Origin: Oculina patagonica
Lineage: Eukaryota
Length of the DNA: 64,000 bases
Assembly (NCBI RefSeq): GCF_052425735.1
Contig: NC_135769.1
Coordinates: 124,001 to 188,000, forward strand
Direction of reading: 5' to 3'
The notes under the pieces are model-generated. The model ran no database searches. It had not been told where the DNA came from and was given only the letters and a program-made list of their open reading frames with translations. Shown here piece by piece: positions 23,955 through 38,619 of this stretch (position 1 is the stretch's first letter; each line of letters begins with the position of its first letter). The translations under genes and the position numbers were made by a program.

Positions 23955-26900
23955 ATGATCAGTGACCATGAAAACGAAATCTCTTCAACTCGTATTTCTT
24001 CAATGGCTGCCTCCACTTCAAATGACAACCTTAGTCTGACGGCAACCATTTATAGAGAGAAAGATACCCAAGAGGGAAGCGAAGTGGAAAGCCTCACAGC
24101 TCATAATAATAAAGAAACCGCACCCAATCAAGTCGCTATTTCAGTTGTTTGCAGCAGCCCTGCTTTGTTCTTGAACAACTATGCATTGAACAAGGACAAG
24201 GGTGCTGATACTGGGAACAATAGCACAGAAGTCATACTAAAATGCCCTCACTGCAGCACAGTCTGCGAGTCGCCAAGTGAAGTTGTTATTCATATTCGCG
24301 AGAAGCACCTAGACGAGATTACAGAAGGGCGTTTGCAGTACAGAAGCCTAAGTGGTCCTTTGCACTGTACTGGCAAAGAATCAAACTCTGGATCTTCTTC
24401 TAGCAATAGTTTTATGTCGTCGAACAACCAAGAAACTTCTTTAAAAAGTATTCAGTGTTCTTCCTGTGGTACGACATTCGGTTGCAAATGGTCTTTGAAG
24501 CGACATCTTTCTCGATTCCCCCATTGTCGGGAGAGGTAAACTATTTTTTTATGGAGTTGATTGATTAACTGTTTATTTGATTATTTGCAAACTTATTTTC
24601 TTTATATTACTGAAAATACTGGAACCAGTATTAGAATCAGTAGAAGACATATAAAAAAGTTTTTAAGCCGATCTGATTTTTCTTGTCAACATTTTCCGTA
24701 ACATCTGTTCATTTTCTTTACTTACTTGTTAGTATATATTACGCTTTTATAGAGTGTTAGCTTGTATGCGCCTGTTTTTTATTAGAAATAGCGAATTCAA
24801 ATTTGCTCAAGTACCACATAAAGCAGTTTTTATCAGCCTGAAAAAACTCTTCTTTCAATTTCTGAGAAAGATATGAATGGATTGTTCACTACAACAACAA
24901 CTTTCATATTTTAATTCGGCAATTAAAAACGGTGAAGCAATATTGCTTGGGAGTAGCAAGACGCAAAAAAACCGGCAAACTGAATTCATCATGGGGTAAG
25001 GGTGTGGTTACTAATATGATGGAAATATGGGGCGAGGATGATGTGTGTTGGTGCTGGTTACTACAGATTGCGCGATTATGAATGGGAAACCTGAACCAAA
25101 ATGTAACCAAGGCGTTAACAGTAAAGTACATTTAACATTTTATGGCAATGTTATAACCTTTTTAGTTGAATCATTCAATGCTTCAAGTTTTGAGGGAACA
25201 TCACAGTCTCCGTATCTAGTCTAAGTCACAGCAGTTCAACTTAAACAATTAAAAGCGCCTTGATGTCAGTAGAAACTAAGCTGTTATTCTTATTTTCAAA
25301 GGTACCCACCAGAAGATGACCCCTATGTCTCTGATAGAGGATTTAAATGTCCTTTGTGTAAAACAGGCTTCACCAGGAAAGACAATTTGACAAGACATAT
25401 AGAACGCATACATCAGAGACCCCATCGATGTCGACACTGCCGCGAGAGGTTTTCGACGAAAGGTGATCTTGAACTTCACTTACCGGTTCATAACAAGAAT
25501 TGTCCATACTGCAGCGACGTTTTTACTTTGAAAAATAATCTTCTAAAGCACATTCTACATATTCATGACGACGAAGATCTGACTGAACTCGTACGTGATG
25601 AATCTAAAGGTAACGGTCATCTTATTGTTTATAGTAGCTAGTTTTTGCTTACTTCGATTCGCCTATACAGTGCCAAATGATTTGTCACTGTTTCCAGTGA
25701 CGATCCTGTTACAGTGTGTTATAATTTAAAGGAAAGGTATGGGCAGCGTATGTGTAGTACTGTTTGATGTACAATATTGTAAAACAATTGCAAGGGCTCT
25801 TTTTGATTTCCAGGGAGTTGGGCGCGCTGATTAGAAGTCTTTATTGTTTCATAAATTTGTTAAGCATCTTCAACAAAACGTTTGACTATCAAATTTAATT
25901 GACGGAATACGTTTTAATTTAGACTGCAGTTTTGTGCAGCAACATAACGCTTCTTTTGGAAGAAACTGTAAAACTAATTACGAACTGTAAACTAATTAAA
26001 AGGACGAAGATCCCCTTCGCTCCCCAAAAATAAATAAATAATTAAATAAAATCATGTTCCCTCGTCTAATTCTTAGGTTCAACATCAGAAGAAGTTCCTT
26101 GTAGTTTTACTCAAACAGAGCTTGATACTGTAAAGAGCATGTTAGTCATGTTGGAAGATGGGGCCAACACTGCTGCTACGCTTAAAAAGAAACCAAACAG
26201 AAAGGGAAGAAGCTGCTGGATTTGCCAGAAGATACTTTACAGTGCCAAGGCACTGACAAGGCACATTCAGGCGCACACAGGTGAGAAGACCTTTCCTTGT
26301 GACCACTGTGACAGGTATTTTGCGAATGAAGAGGAGCAACAAAACCATTTACGATTTCTGAACCTTGAAAGGCGCTTTAAGTGCGACCAGTGTGGAAAGG
26401 CTTTCAAGCGGAAGTGCCTTCTTAATATCCATCTGATTCGTCATGGAAGCGAAAGGCCTTTTCAGTGTCCACACTGTCCTAAATCGTACAAGTTTAACAC
26501 GAAACTACAAGAGCATCTTCGCGTTCACACTGGAGAGAAGCCGTACAACTGCCGGCATTGCGATGAGGTGTTTGCCCTTTTAAGGCATCGGGCGCAGCAT
26601 GAGTTAGTGAAACATGATGTTGGTAGAAAAGAGTATAAGTGCGAACATTGCCCAGAAACCTTCACTTCACGTCACCGGCGCTGGATTCACTCTAAGTCAC
26701 ACGCGGAGAAAGTTCTTCGATGCGATCTGTGTCCGTATGTTTCATTATTCACACATAGAATGGCCCAACACAAACGCACGCATACCAATGAAAAGCCATA
26801 CAGCTGTGACCAATGCTCGAGACGGTTTACCCAGCTAGGTCGCTTGCAGATACACATGCGTTCTCACACTGGAGAGAAACCATACGCTTGTGACAATTGC

Positions 26901-27188
26901 GATAAAGCGTTTGTTGATAGTTACAGTTTAAAAAGACATATCCGAACCCACACTGGAGAAAAACCCTACAAGTGTAACTATTGCAGTAAGAGTTTTGCTC
27001 AAGGATGTCAGCAGCAGTTCCACGAGAGGACGCACACAGGTGAAAAACCATACGAGTGCTCTCAGTGTGGAAAGAAGTTCACCCGTCGGCAGGAACTTAA
27101 CAAGCACTTGGAGACGCACAAGAGGGCAAAACAGCCACCAAAAAAGAAAAGGAAAGTACTCTCTAGAAATTCCAAAACATCGAAGTAA
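23955..27188 (+). CDS. Multi-C2H2 (Kruppel-type) zinc finger protein with about 15 fingers; at least 3 coding exons
   Basis: Exons 23955-24535, 25302-25609, 26077-27188 in frame, with many TGEKPY linkers. An open acceptor at 23931 means a further upstream exon is possible. Confidence 0.88.
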
Positions 27189-28480
27189 AGTTCAACCTCT
27201 CACTTGTCTTCATTGTCGGAATCATAACAATTCAATGCGAAAGGTAGACAAAAGGAATTTAAGAATATAACGATACTTTTATTGTATTTCCTTGCCGTGG
27301 GTTCTTTACCTTTTTCACCACTAGGTAACATGTTTATTTATATGCTTTGTTAAACTATCTATAACTGCGACAAAGCTTTTATTTTTTCATCTTTTACATG
27401 TAAACATTTTGTATCATTTTACAAATTAACAGGTTTAGTCTACGTACAAAGCTCGTGCTTACGTTATCTACATGTAAGTTTAAATTATAAGGTAGTCTCA
27501 CATGTTAGTTAATTTGTGTGATTGTCAGCAACATCATTTGTTGATCCAGTAGTTGGCAGTATGAAACAATACATCGGTAATATTTCAGTAAAATATATAA
27601 TGAACCATATACGTGTGCAAGAACTCGCGCACAAGGAAATAACGTAATTTTCTGCCATGCTAAAATGTTGTTAATTATACTTAGTTACCGATCCTTATCG
27701 GCTCGATTACGCCATGTCACGTTTTTCTCTCCAAATTCTCAATGTAATAATGCACGGTTCGTAACTGCAGCGAATGATCCTGAGATTTCTTATTTATATA
27801 TGATTGGACGAGAAGTCGGCGTCTACGTTCTGCTTGGCTGCAGTGCTCGAGAATGATTTCTGGTAAACTATATAAGTAATTATTTAGCCAAACATTTTTT
27901 ACGTGTGTTTTTCTGTTCAAATGGAAAAAATGCGTTCAGTTGTCAGCGAGAATGTATTTATATATGATTACCCTACAAGTTCCTCGTGGCGTCTTGCGCA
28001 GTTACTTATCTTTCTGGCAAGGTATACAGAAGCCAGACAAAAGTGTTAAGAATTTTGTTTCTTGTACGAGTTTGTACTTCCTCTTGATATATTGTAATGT
28101 AAGTATTAGCTGCTACACCACGCCTTACACTATTCGTCAAATTATTAATGTAGTAAAACGTATGAAACATCTGTTTCCTTACCACCAATGGCTGTCGTTA
28201 CTTTTGACCATTGGTCGCGCTAGTGCCTCCGGGATTGGTGGGGTCGACTATACAAAACTGCGGCAACGAAGCGAGAAAACTTAACAAGTCACGAGTGCTA
28301 CAAGACTTATCCAAACGACCCCAGATATTCTTCCACACTAGCTTGTAACCCAGTGTCCCTTATCATGATCTGAGTTGAAATTACAGAACAATGGAGAATT
28401 TGCGCTGTGTGCGCAAGGTATAATGACTTTAGCAACGACTATTCTACAAGCAAACTTCGGCTCTTTTTTGTATTTAAAAT

Positions 28481-31400
28481 TTAGAAGACTTGAATTCTGT
28501 GGTTATGCCTGTCTGCCACTATGACTCGCCCGTCCTTTGTCAAAGCAACACCCCCTGGGAACTTAAATTCTCCCTCCTCGTCACCTTCGCTGCCAAACGC
28601 GGTATAAAATTTCCCATCGGGTTGAAAGATCTGAACTCTGTGGTTCTGGAAATCGCCAACGATGATAAATCCCTCGGGATCCACTGCTATTCCCGCGGGA
28701 CGATCAAGCTGCCCGTTTCCACTGCCTTTCGCGCCAAAACTTGATTCGAACTTGCCATTGCAATCAAACTTCACGATGCGGTTGTTCTCAGTATCGGTTA
28801 CTAGGCAACCGTTGTCGTCTGTGGTTGCCACGTGGTTTGGACTATTCAGTTCGCCGTCCTCGTGGCCATGGGAACCAAACGTCATGATGTGCGTACCATC
28901 CATCTTAAATAGTTGTATTCTGTGGTTGTCTTTATCAGCCACAAGTAAGTTGCCATCTTTAGTCAGAGCCAGGCCAGCGGGATGGTTTAGTTTCCCGTCT
29001 TCAGATCCTAAAATTAATTCATAACGTTATTGGTATATATGTTGGCTTAAGTATAATCTGGCGAGTTTCCTGCCCTATTATTTACTCTTTGTCTTTATGT
29101 GCCTGCGCGATCCACGTGAAAAGAACTTAAAAGCGTGGGAAAGTGGTCTGATCGCGGTTAAGGTTGATTTAAATTCAATGCATGGTCTTTGGTCGTTTGA
29201 AAGAAAAAGCTGAAGAAAGCAATGCCGTATAGTAAACGGCAAAAACCATAACAGTGTTTGAAGCATGGGTATAATAGCCATTGGGATTCTTGCGTTCTAA
29301 AACCCACTTTAAAAGTTCATATAACAAACCAGCTAAGGTATAATATAATCACAAACTCACCTTTGGCTCCAAACTTGCCGATAAATTTCCCCTCCGGGCT
29401 AAACAGCTGCACACGATGGTTATCCCAGTCTGATACAACAATTATTCCATTGGCGTCCACTAAAATGCCGCACGGATTCTGAAACTGGCCATCTTTGCTT
29501 CCACGTGATCCAAAATCTTGCAGATGCTTTCCAAGCGCATCAAACTTCTGAACTCTACAGTTCACAAAGTCTGTTACGTAGATATTTCCTTCCTTGTCAG
29601 TGATTACGGAGCAAGGCTGCTTGAATTCTCCGCTCTTTGTTCCTTGAGAGCCAATCTTCATGAAAGTCGGTCCAACTTTTGTATAATCGATTCCCTCAAC
29701 AACGTTGACACTGAAAGGGCTTCCTTCAATCTCTCGTCCTCTGATAGCCACGTGCAGAATGTGTTTACCATGCGTAACTGGAGTGTAACGCACTCTCATG
29801 CTGCCATCGATGTTGTTCGTGACTTTGTTTCCAAGGAAGAACCCCTCTGGTGCTTGAACTTTCACTTGCACCGGACATGCATGATCGCCTTCAACCGATG
29901 TATTGCCGAAGCGATCTTTCGTTTCTACGACGAATGAAGACTCCACTCCGACCTTCCCCGATTTCATTCCGAGCCCCCGAGCGTTGCATAAGGCGGCGAA
30001 GGTGACGCTTGACGCTACTCGGCCCATTGTGGTCGCCACGTTCTCCACAGCTTCCATGTCAAGGATGTAATCAATGACGTCGTTTTCTTCTGGCTCTTTG
30101 TAATCCAACATTATTGCGTTGAGTTCATCAAGGCGATCCAACATCAGCTGCCGGAGCTGGATAATCTCAACCTCGTTCCCATGCAGAACCACGTTCTCGA
30201 CGAAGTCCCGCGAGCTTGTGTACTTGAAGAGTTCTGTCTCCAGTTGATTTTGTTGGTTGCGGAGTACAGCTTCCTTTTCTTGCTCCAAGGCGTCGACCTG
30301 ATGAAAGAAGCAATGAACAAACTTCAATGCAGGCAACAAACACTTTTATTATTTGTGGACACACGAGGTTGGGGAAGGTTTGCAGACTACTTATTCACTT
30401 TATCACCAGCTAAGGCGTTTGCAATGTCACTAAGTTATCTCTTATCTATTCTGTCTCGCAAGTATACCAGAAGTGAGTGCGCCTCGGTTTGGGACGACCC
30501 ACTGAAACGAAAACATTGGAGAGAGCAGGCAAGGTGCTACTCATAACTATCCGTGTTTCACAGAATATCATTCAGGTCGGTGACTCATAGAGGAATGGGG
30601 CTTAATTTCTAGCTCATATGATCTGATTGGCGAAAGCCGGATTTTCGTTAATAGTCTGGAAAAAGCGTTTGCTTTCCCTTTTTGAACAAGTCTGTGTTAC
30701 ACATATTAATGAAAAGTACTTAAATTACTTACCCTAGCCAACATTTCCTGTTTGCGTGAGACAATTCGCTTTACACATTCTTCAGCCGTGGAACATATTT
30801 CACTTTTGACAGCTTCTGCGCGTGCGCGCAACTTAGCAGCCATGGTCTTGACTTCGTGCACTGCATCTTGGACCGGTGGAATCTTCTCCTCAATGCAAAA
30901 GTTCAGGCGTTCATCAATAAGGATCTTCCGTTCTTCAAGAGCTTCTTTAAGACCTAAAGAAAATTTTCAAAGTATCGAGTGAGCAAATTTGGAATAACCA
31001 CAGACAACAACCAATCACTCTATGCCCCTTGTGCACGTGACCAAGTCCGAAGAGATGGTTCTAATGCAATCTGAAAGTAGAATTTGCAATACGCGAAATG
31101 GGTATCAAGTCTTATAGTGTTGTAAAACCATAAACCATAAATCAGGTGTGTCCTACAGGGGGGGGGGGGGGGGTGGCAGTTGTTTAAAGGGTGGATGACG
31201 CTAAACCCCGAATAAATCTTTATCCAGTACAAAAGTATTGATAAAACAAACTAAGCTATCCACTAGACGTTATCAATTCTCTGAACAAACAGTCCCAGGT
31301 TGATTGTGGCCTTGTCCAGACGATTTTTTATCTGATTTTTTCAAAAATAAAGAAAGCAAACTTATCGTTTATTTGAGAAGCATTTGAATTAAAGTGTGCT

Positions 31401-33203
31401 TTAATCGTATGAGATGAACTCGCATCAGCGAAGGTCTTCGATTCGGATTTAACCCGCGATCAGGCGTTATTTTTCTCGCGGCGGTGTAGTCGCCTTCCCT
31501 CTGCCGCGAAAAAAAAGAAAGCCTGATCGCAGGTTAATTCGGATTTAGTGTCCGGTCTAGTGACTTCAATAAGTATATCTTGACAGAAAAGCTGTTCCCT
31601 CTTTTGACTGCTTGTTTTAATAGTTTGTCAGATTTTGAACCAGCTTCTTAATAAACTGAAATCCAAGTATATTTTTTAGAGTCATGAGACAGATTATATT
31701 TCATTTCTCTTTAATTTTATTTGAAAATGAGGACCTTCTTAGAAAAGGAAAATTTGGAAAATTCGTCCGGTTTCACCTGTTTTCTTCAGTTCTATCTGAC
31801 CACAAGTTCCAATTGCTGGTGTTCTTTTGATCAAAGCGTAGCTCTACTTTTCTAACCTGTTAGCGAATTGTTTGCAAGTATTCTACAATATTTTGACGAA
31901 CAATACTAAAATGGTTTGCGATTTACAATAAATTTGCTAACGGGACTGTTTGTTTCAAGTTCTATTCTTACATTGTTGTATTTAAACCGTCAAAGAAGAG
32001 TCTTTGAAAGGCGCTTGAAAAATTAGTGATTTGGGTTCATTTTGCCTGGTAAAAATTCCTTCTCTATTGTTTTGATAGAAAAAAAAATAATCTTGATTAT
32101 CAAGATAAAGATATGGACATATCTTTTAAATAATTTTACCTGACTAGAAAAGTATCTACAAATGTCGTTTCGTACTCAATAGTCTGGTAGAAAGTTTTAG
32201 AGGCTCTGGTTATAGATTGTTGACTCGCAGTGTTTGACATTGTCGACAGCAAAAAAAATTCCCGCGATAATTTTTGCATTTGTCGCTTTCGTGACTTACA
32301 ATACACGATTAGTTAAAAAGAAATTGGAGTTGCTATCAGCAACAAAATCACTCAGCAAGCCACCATTGACAACCACAAATTGAACAATTTCATGGTCCTC
32401 CATAACAAAAGGAGAAAATTGTACTTTAACAATGCTAAAGACTATTTTGATGTTTCCCTTCTAAGATCAAATTTTCGACATTGATAACAATGCAACTCCC
32501 ATTCTCAGACTTCTATTCTTCCATTCTGTTCTACCACTTAAAGAAAATCTCACAAAACCATCACCAATATCTATCTACCAATACCTGTAGTGACAAAGCT
32601 ACTAGCAAATGACAGATCGTGGTGTATTTACTAACCTGCGTACTTATGCCCTCGATGATCAAGAATTGTGCATTCTCGGCAGATCAGGCAGTCGCACGGC
32701 ACACAGTAGAACATGAACATCTCATCAACATGCTGCTCACAGAATGAAGGACGATGCAGCGTCTGTTTGTCAGCCTGCAGCGTGTCAAGCGACAGGATGC
32801 GGTGGTCCTTGGTGACTCGTATTCGTCGGTGAGCCAAAACGCAGTTCGAGCACAGAAACTCGGCGCACTCCAGACATCGGGACGTCGCCGCTGCTTCGTC
32901 CTCGCAGTTTGTGCAATGAAGAGTATACTCTTTGCTTGATTTGACGGACAAATGATCCAGTGCGTTTGTCAGAAGGAAGTTGCTTGGGAGAATGTGGGCT
33001 CCCTCCGACGGAATCGGAGTCAGTTTTCGACAGAGGGGACAAACGATCGAGTTGGTTCCCGCGCCGATCACATCGTAACTCTCGAGGCACTTGCGGCAAA
33101 ACGAGTGAAGACATTTCAAGATCTTTGGGTTGTTGAAGATGTTCTTGCAGATTGGGCATTCTAGCGATTGAGGTGAATATTTCTCATCTTTCACTGTTGC
33201 CAT
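28481..33203 (-). CDS. TRIM-NHL E3 ligase #2 (TRIM71/TRIM2/3-like), 4 exons
   Basis: Exons 32636-33203, 30733-30953, 29361-30297, 28481-29007. RING CPIC..CLHSFCRKC..CPLC, two B-boxes, filamin and NHL repeats. Confidence 0.93.
31450..31536. mobile_element. 87-bp hairpin MITE with 9-bp TSD
   Basis: TAACCCGCGATCAGGC...GCCTGATCGCAGGTTA flanked by a perfect ATTCGGATT duplication (31441-31449 and 31537-31545). Confidence 0.8.
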
Positions 33204-34014
33204 TGTTTGTGGGAGTGAGTTGGGCGACGCAAGCCTTGCTCCCGGACTGAATAGAATAATTTTTTAATCAGACCCTTTCCGCTTCACGCTCCGCGCGCTT
33301 GACTTCTTGCGCGGTGAGGTAATCTTATGAATCATTGATTTGCGTGTTTGACAACAATCTCGTTAATTGAATTATCTTTGAGAGGATTTCACTTAAAGAT
33401 GAGAAAATTAGAAATTGTGCGATTTGCAGCGTAGCACAAGATTTCCTGATTGAGGCGTCCATGGAGTAACTTTCCAATTTCTCCAGTTTATTTTCGCTAA
33501 CTCAGGGCGTGGATTTCTTTTTATGCATGAGCAGTTCACTCGATCATGACCTAATCCTTTCCACATATTCAGCTAGAGTAGTTTTTATATCTTTCCCCTG
33601 CTGTTTCTTTTCGTCTGACAGTTTGCTCAATAAGTTCATTGCGCCTTTGACGCAGCTTTGTATATATATATATTCAAGAGACTGTTGGTTTTCCAAAAGC
33701 AATAGAGCGTGTTAATATCATCTTAGAGGGGGTTTGCCGGTACCGGCTTTTGTGTTTTGTTTAAACTAAAAACAAGGAAAGTTGGAAATAAGTTGAAAAT
33801 TTTATATTCGAGCGCACGTTAGCACTCCAGAGCGCGTGTTGTGTTCCCAATGAACAGAAATTTTTATAGCAGCAGTTTATAAGTTACGAGGAGATATTAG
33901 AAAAACCTCGCCTAAAATCATGAGTTTACACCTTAAAATAACCCAAAGTGTCAAAAATAAGGGCGCAGACAGCTAAGTGTTAAATTTATTGAGCCCGTGG
34001 TTTGTGTCAGTGGA

Positions 34015-34370
34015 GTTGCTAGGCAACATATCTTTCGGCGTCATTTTGAAGAAAGAACAATAAAGCTGTTATTATTTCAGTTATATTGAGTTTTGACAGA
34101 GAAGTTTACTTAATGAGTATTGGATATAGACAGGGAAAGTTGCGCTTTATACTCCTCGCCGTTGGTTACAAAGCAGTTTTTTTTTATCAAGCTGTTATTG
34201 GTCAAGGAATGAAAGGCTCCTTCTGCCAGTTTGAAAATGAAAGGCTCCTTCTGCCAGTTTTGGCGGGAAAGCAATTCTCAGCGCTGCCTAAGTTGCTAGG
34301 TTACTCGCGCGCTTTTCGCATTCCACATGGGTGGTCACCCATGTTTTTGTGATCAAGCTGTTATTGGTCA
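34015..34370. promoter_or_regulatory. Motif cluster between divergent TRIM-NHL genes: two RFX X-box-like sites, an E2F site and two CCAAT boxes
   Basis: GTTGCTAGGCAAC 34015-34027; GTTGCTAGGTTAC 34292-34304; TTTGGCGGGAAA 34259-34270; ATCAAGCTGTTATTGGTCA at 34186 and 34352. Confidence 0.5.
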
Positions 34371-35026
34371 GAAAGTGTATAAGGCACCTGAAGAGTTGGC
34401 GGTAGCATCGTTTATGGCTCAGTGAGCATGGCGTTCAAAAGATTATCAAACATTTATTGCCCTTCCCCGGAATTAGTCAAAACTTTTACTGTTAATACGC
34501 TTTTTTCACTCCCTGAGACAGGATAATAAGACTTTTTTTAAAAATGAAACACTTCACTAAGTTAAGGGATATCTAAAATATTGGTTCTGATTCTTCAAAT
34601 AATCTTTCATAATTCTATTTTACGCTTTAGTAGCAACATTACACACGTGCATGTCAGCAGGGAGTTAGTACATCCTTTATCTCGGGAGGATTTTGAAAGC
34701 AGTTTGAAGATCTCTGATTGATACTTTTTCTCATCCGGTGCAAGCCACGAACTCGAAAGTCACTGTTTAGTTTTACACAAAAAAATCACTTTAAAGTTTA
34801 TTTTCTTCTTTCACTTACATAAATCAAAAACAAGTCTACTCCTAGGAACCCATTACATCACACATCATCGCTCAGCCAATCAGAACGCCGGGCAACACAT
34901 GAAATCAACCTGCTAAGTTCTTTGACGACTCTACAGGCTTCTTGGCAAGCGGAATATTGTAAGGACTTGCCAGTTTTTAGGGCTTTTTACTGCGTTTTGA
35001 TGTAATTCTAGAGGAAAATCCCCACT

Positions 35027-38000
35027 ATGGGATCCGTGCCGGTGAATAAGATCACCGATCACTACGAATTAACCTGTGGAATCTGCAGTGAGACATATAA
35101 GAACCCCAAGGTTTTACCCTGCCTTCATTCCTTTTGTCAAAACTGCCTGGACTCTAACATACGGTGAGAACTAATTCCTTGTATAGAGATATACCTTTTT
35201 GTGTATTTTACAAGAGAAATGATACCTTGCGATAGCTTTAAAAACAATTTCTAGACTTTTTATAGATTTGCCAAATTTGTCATTGCCATCGGTTTTCTAT
35301 TTGAAAGTTGACTGTCAATTTAAACAGTTAATCATTTTCATATGAGATAAGCGATACAATGCTCTGCCCGATCGCCGACTCGTATAAATATCCAAGGTAA
35401 ATAATGGTAATTAAGTTAAGGAAGAGTAGTATTTTAAACTTAATTTTGAATTGAAGGTAAAAGATCAAACGTTGTTTTGAATATTTAAAGATCAAAAGAT
35501 TTCTGTGATCGAACTGGTACCAGGCGCGCAGTTCAAGTTTTATGCACAACAGGGAAACAAACCGAACAATCGCATAGTAGAATTCAATGCCAAAAACCCT
35601 TAATGTTTAGCTCAGTAACACTTAAACTTGAATCCTCCTCTTAATAACATTGTTAAGCGAGTTTTAATCGCTCTAAAGGAAACGTCAGCAGCGAAAAGGT
35701 AACAGACATGTCACGCCCATTTTACTATATTACGAGAGTAAACATCATCTTGAGAAATGCTTGTCACAAAATATAAAAAAAAAACTGTTTACCATCACCG
35801 CAGTTCACTATTGGCTTAATGTATACAATAACCAGTGAAGGCAAAGATACTAATGTCTGTTTTACAATTTCAAGGTAAGAAAATTTCGCGCGCAATTTGC
35901 AAACCACTCAAGCGCGCGTAAAACTGGATTTGCGCGGAATAATTTGGTTCAACATAGCTCAAAGTTATACATGTGAAACTTTGTAAGAGTGTGAGGCTTA
36001 AGACTATTTAAAGTCTTTTGGGATCAATTTTTATACTCTCTAACTGGAGAAGCTGGTGAAGGGAAAAGGCGCATGACGTAATGCTGAAGACCTTTTATTT
36101 AGTATTGCGTTCGTTCCACACCAGTGAGTTTCTTATAATTATGAAGCAATGAATTATTTCCAACCCGCTCAAAAGCTCTAGTTATTTTTATATTGTTTGT
36201 TAGTATTGTGGTACTCTTTGCTTTCATAAAGGGAACACAAACTACGCTGTAATCATAGTTACATTTCCTATAATTTGGCGTTTTTTGAGTGTAGTTGTAC
36301 GTGCCAATTTATTAATAATGAAAATAAAGTAATTAATTTGAACGAATCAAACTATTGGAAACCCTGACAAATCCATGGAATGGTATCTGATTGGCTTAAA
36401 CGTTGGGTAACTTATGAGATTGATCAACATTTTGCATTATTTTGTAACAAGCGTATTGCTTTTTTCACGTCTAGACCTCAAGACCGAACTCTTGTTTGCT
36501 CAAGATGTCAGCTGGTTGTGCCAGTTCCCGCCAAAGGCATCGAAGCGTTCCCGCTCAACTTCTTTATCAACAACATGTTGACAGTTTTAGCGGTTCAGAA
36601 CCCAACTAAATGCACCAACTGCGAGGATAGTTCCCAGGCCACTGCGCGTTGTTTGGACTGCGTGGAGAACCTCTGTACAAACTGTGTGTTTGCTCATAAG
36701 AGAATTCGCCAGACCAAAGATCACAGGATCCTGTCGTTTGAAGAAATCCAGGCCAATGAAGTAAAAGACATCATTCGTTGCCACTCATTTTGCTCGGTGC
36801 ATCCTCGAGAGGTATTTTGAAAGTTCATTGTGTTTCACTGAGACATCAGCGCACCAATAAAAAATATGAATTTTTTGATTGGTAATATTAGTTTCAGTTT
36901 GCATGATAATATTTATATTTAACAATTTAGGTTCTCAAGTACTTCTGTGAAACATGCGATGAAGCTATATGCCGCGACTGTGCCATCTACGAACACAGAG
37001 AACACATCTATGTGGATCTAAAAGAGGCGGTAAAGAAATACCGCTCATCCATCGCAGCCCTTCAAGACAGGACCAAGCGTAAGATACCAGTCCTTCGAGC
37101 AGCAGTCGAGGAGGTGCATGACGTCACGAAAGATTTAAGGGACAGGGTGGAGGTGGTACGTAACACAATTCAGAACACCATCCAGAATCACATCCGGGAG
37201 TTAGAGGAACAGGGACGAGAACTTATAGACCAGCTGGAAAGCATATCTAACTCCAAAGAGAAGGTGAGATACCGTTTATCGTCTGCATGGAGCTTACTCA
37301 AACACAGTAACTGGGAGCAAGCGACGCAAAGAACGTTAACCAATCGCAGTTGGTATGGGTTTTTCGCATGATGTAACAGTTAAGTGGGTTTACATTTTCT
37401 TTCAGGTTTTAACCACTCAACAAAAAATACTGGAACTCGATCTGTCCAACTTGTTGAGTAGCTGCGAGTTCACAGAGAATGTGCTCAGGTATGGAAACGA
37501 GGCTGAGATTATGTTGGTGAAGCCACAGATGGTCAGCAGACTTCAGAACCTTAATGATCACGAGTCACAGTGCGAACCAGAAGACAATGAGGTAATACGA
37601 AGGATCAGTCTTCACATCTCCACTGTATGTTTCCCTGTTTTGATCATAATTGGTCAATAATCAATTTATAATTATGCCTAAGCCTTTAGCAGACCACAAA
37701 ATCTTCCTGTCAGGAACCTTACTTTACTATGAGGGTGCTTACTACACCACACTGTTTTTACGCCTCCGATTCGTCTTTTACGTTCCCAAATTGGAGACGC
37801 AACCACTATTTCTACAGTTATATGCCTCACACGTGACTAGTTTACAGAACTGAACAATCTCGCGAACATCTTTAGCTAAAAGACATGCTGTGATTCCTTC
37901 TTTTTCATATTTTACTTTTCAGTATCTCCCTTATTTGTCCTTGAACTTTAGTTTACTCGTTTGCTCTTTCCTTGTCAGTATATATTAAGTCCACATTGAA

Positions 38001-38586
38001 ATTTAAAATTGATGTCATACACTCTCTGTCTCTAGGTCGTTGAGTTTTCTTCCAATGATGAGCAGCTTTCTAAAGTCATTGCCAAACTTGGTCAGGTGAC
38101 CACTAGTTACGTGTTTCCCATGTTGTCAAGCGCAGAGGGACCTGGGCTGAGTCGAGCAAAGGTTGGACACAAGTCAACTTTCACAATTATTACAAAAGAC
38201 AGAAATGGAGAGCCATGTACGACTGGTAAGTAGGAGATTACCGCAAAAAATATACGACGCAGTGGAAAATCTATCTCGTTTCGACTGAAATGCTCTTACT
38301 CTTGTTAAAAAGAAGATCCTTTTAAAAATTAAGTACGCGGTATCTCTTTCTTTACTTTCTGTAGGAGGAGACTTGGTGTCAGTCAAACTCCACCGTCCAA
38401 ACGGTTCACCAATCACAGCTGACTTGGAAGACAATGATGACGGCACTTACACGGCTTCCTTTACCCCAGTCTCCAAGGGTGATCACCAGATCACGGTCCA
38501 CGTGCGTGGTAAACCTATTCAAGGAAGTTCCTTTGATTTACAGGTTTAACCAAGTTTTATTTTTTCATTCCTTGCAATGTTGAGCT

Positions 38587-38619
<33 letters not shown>

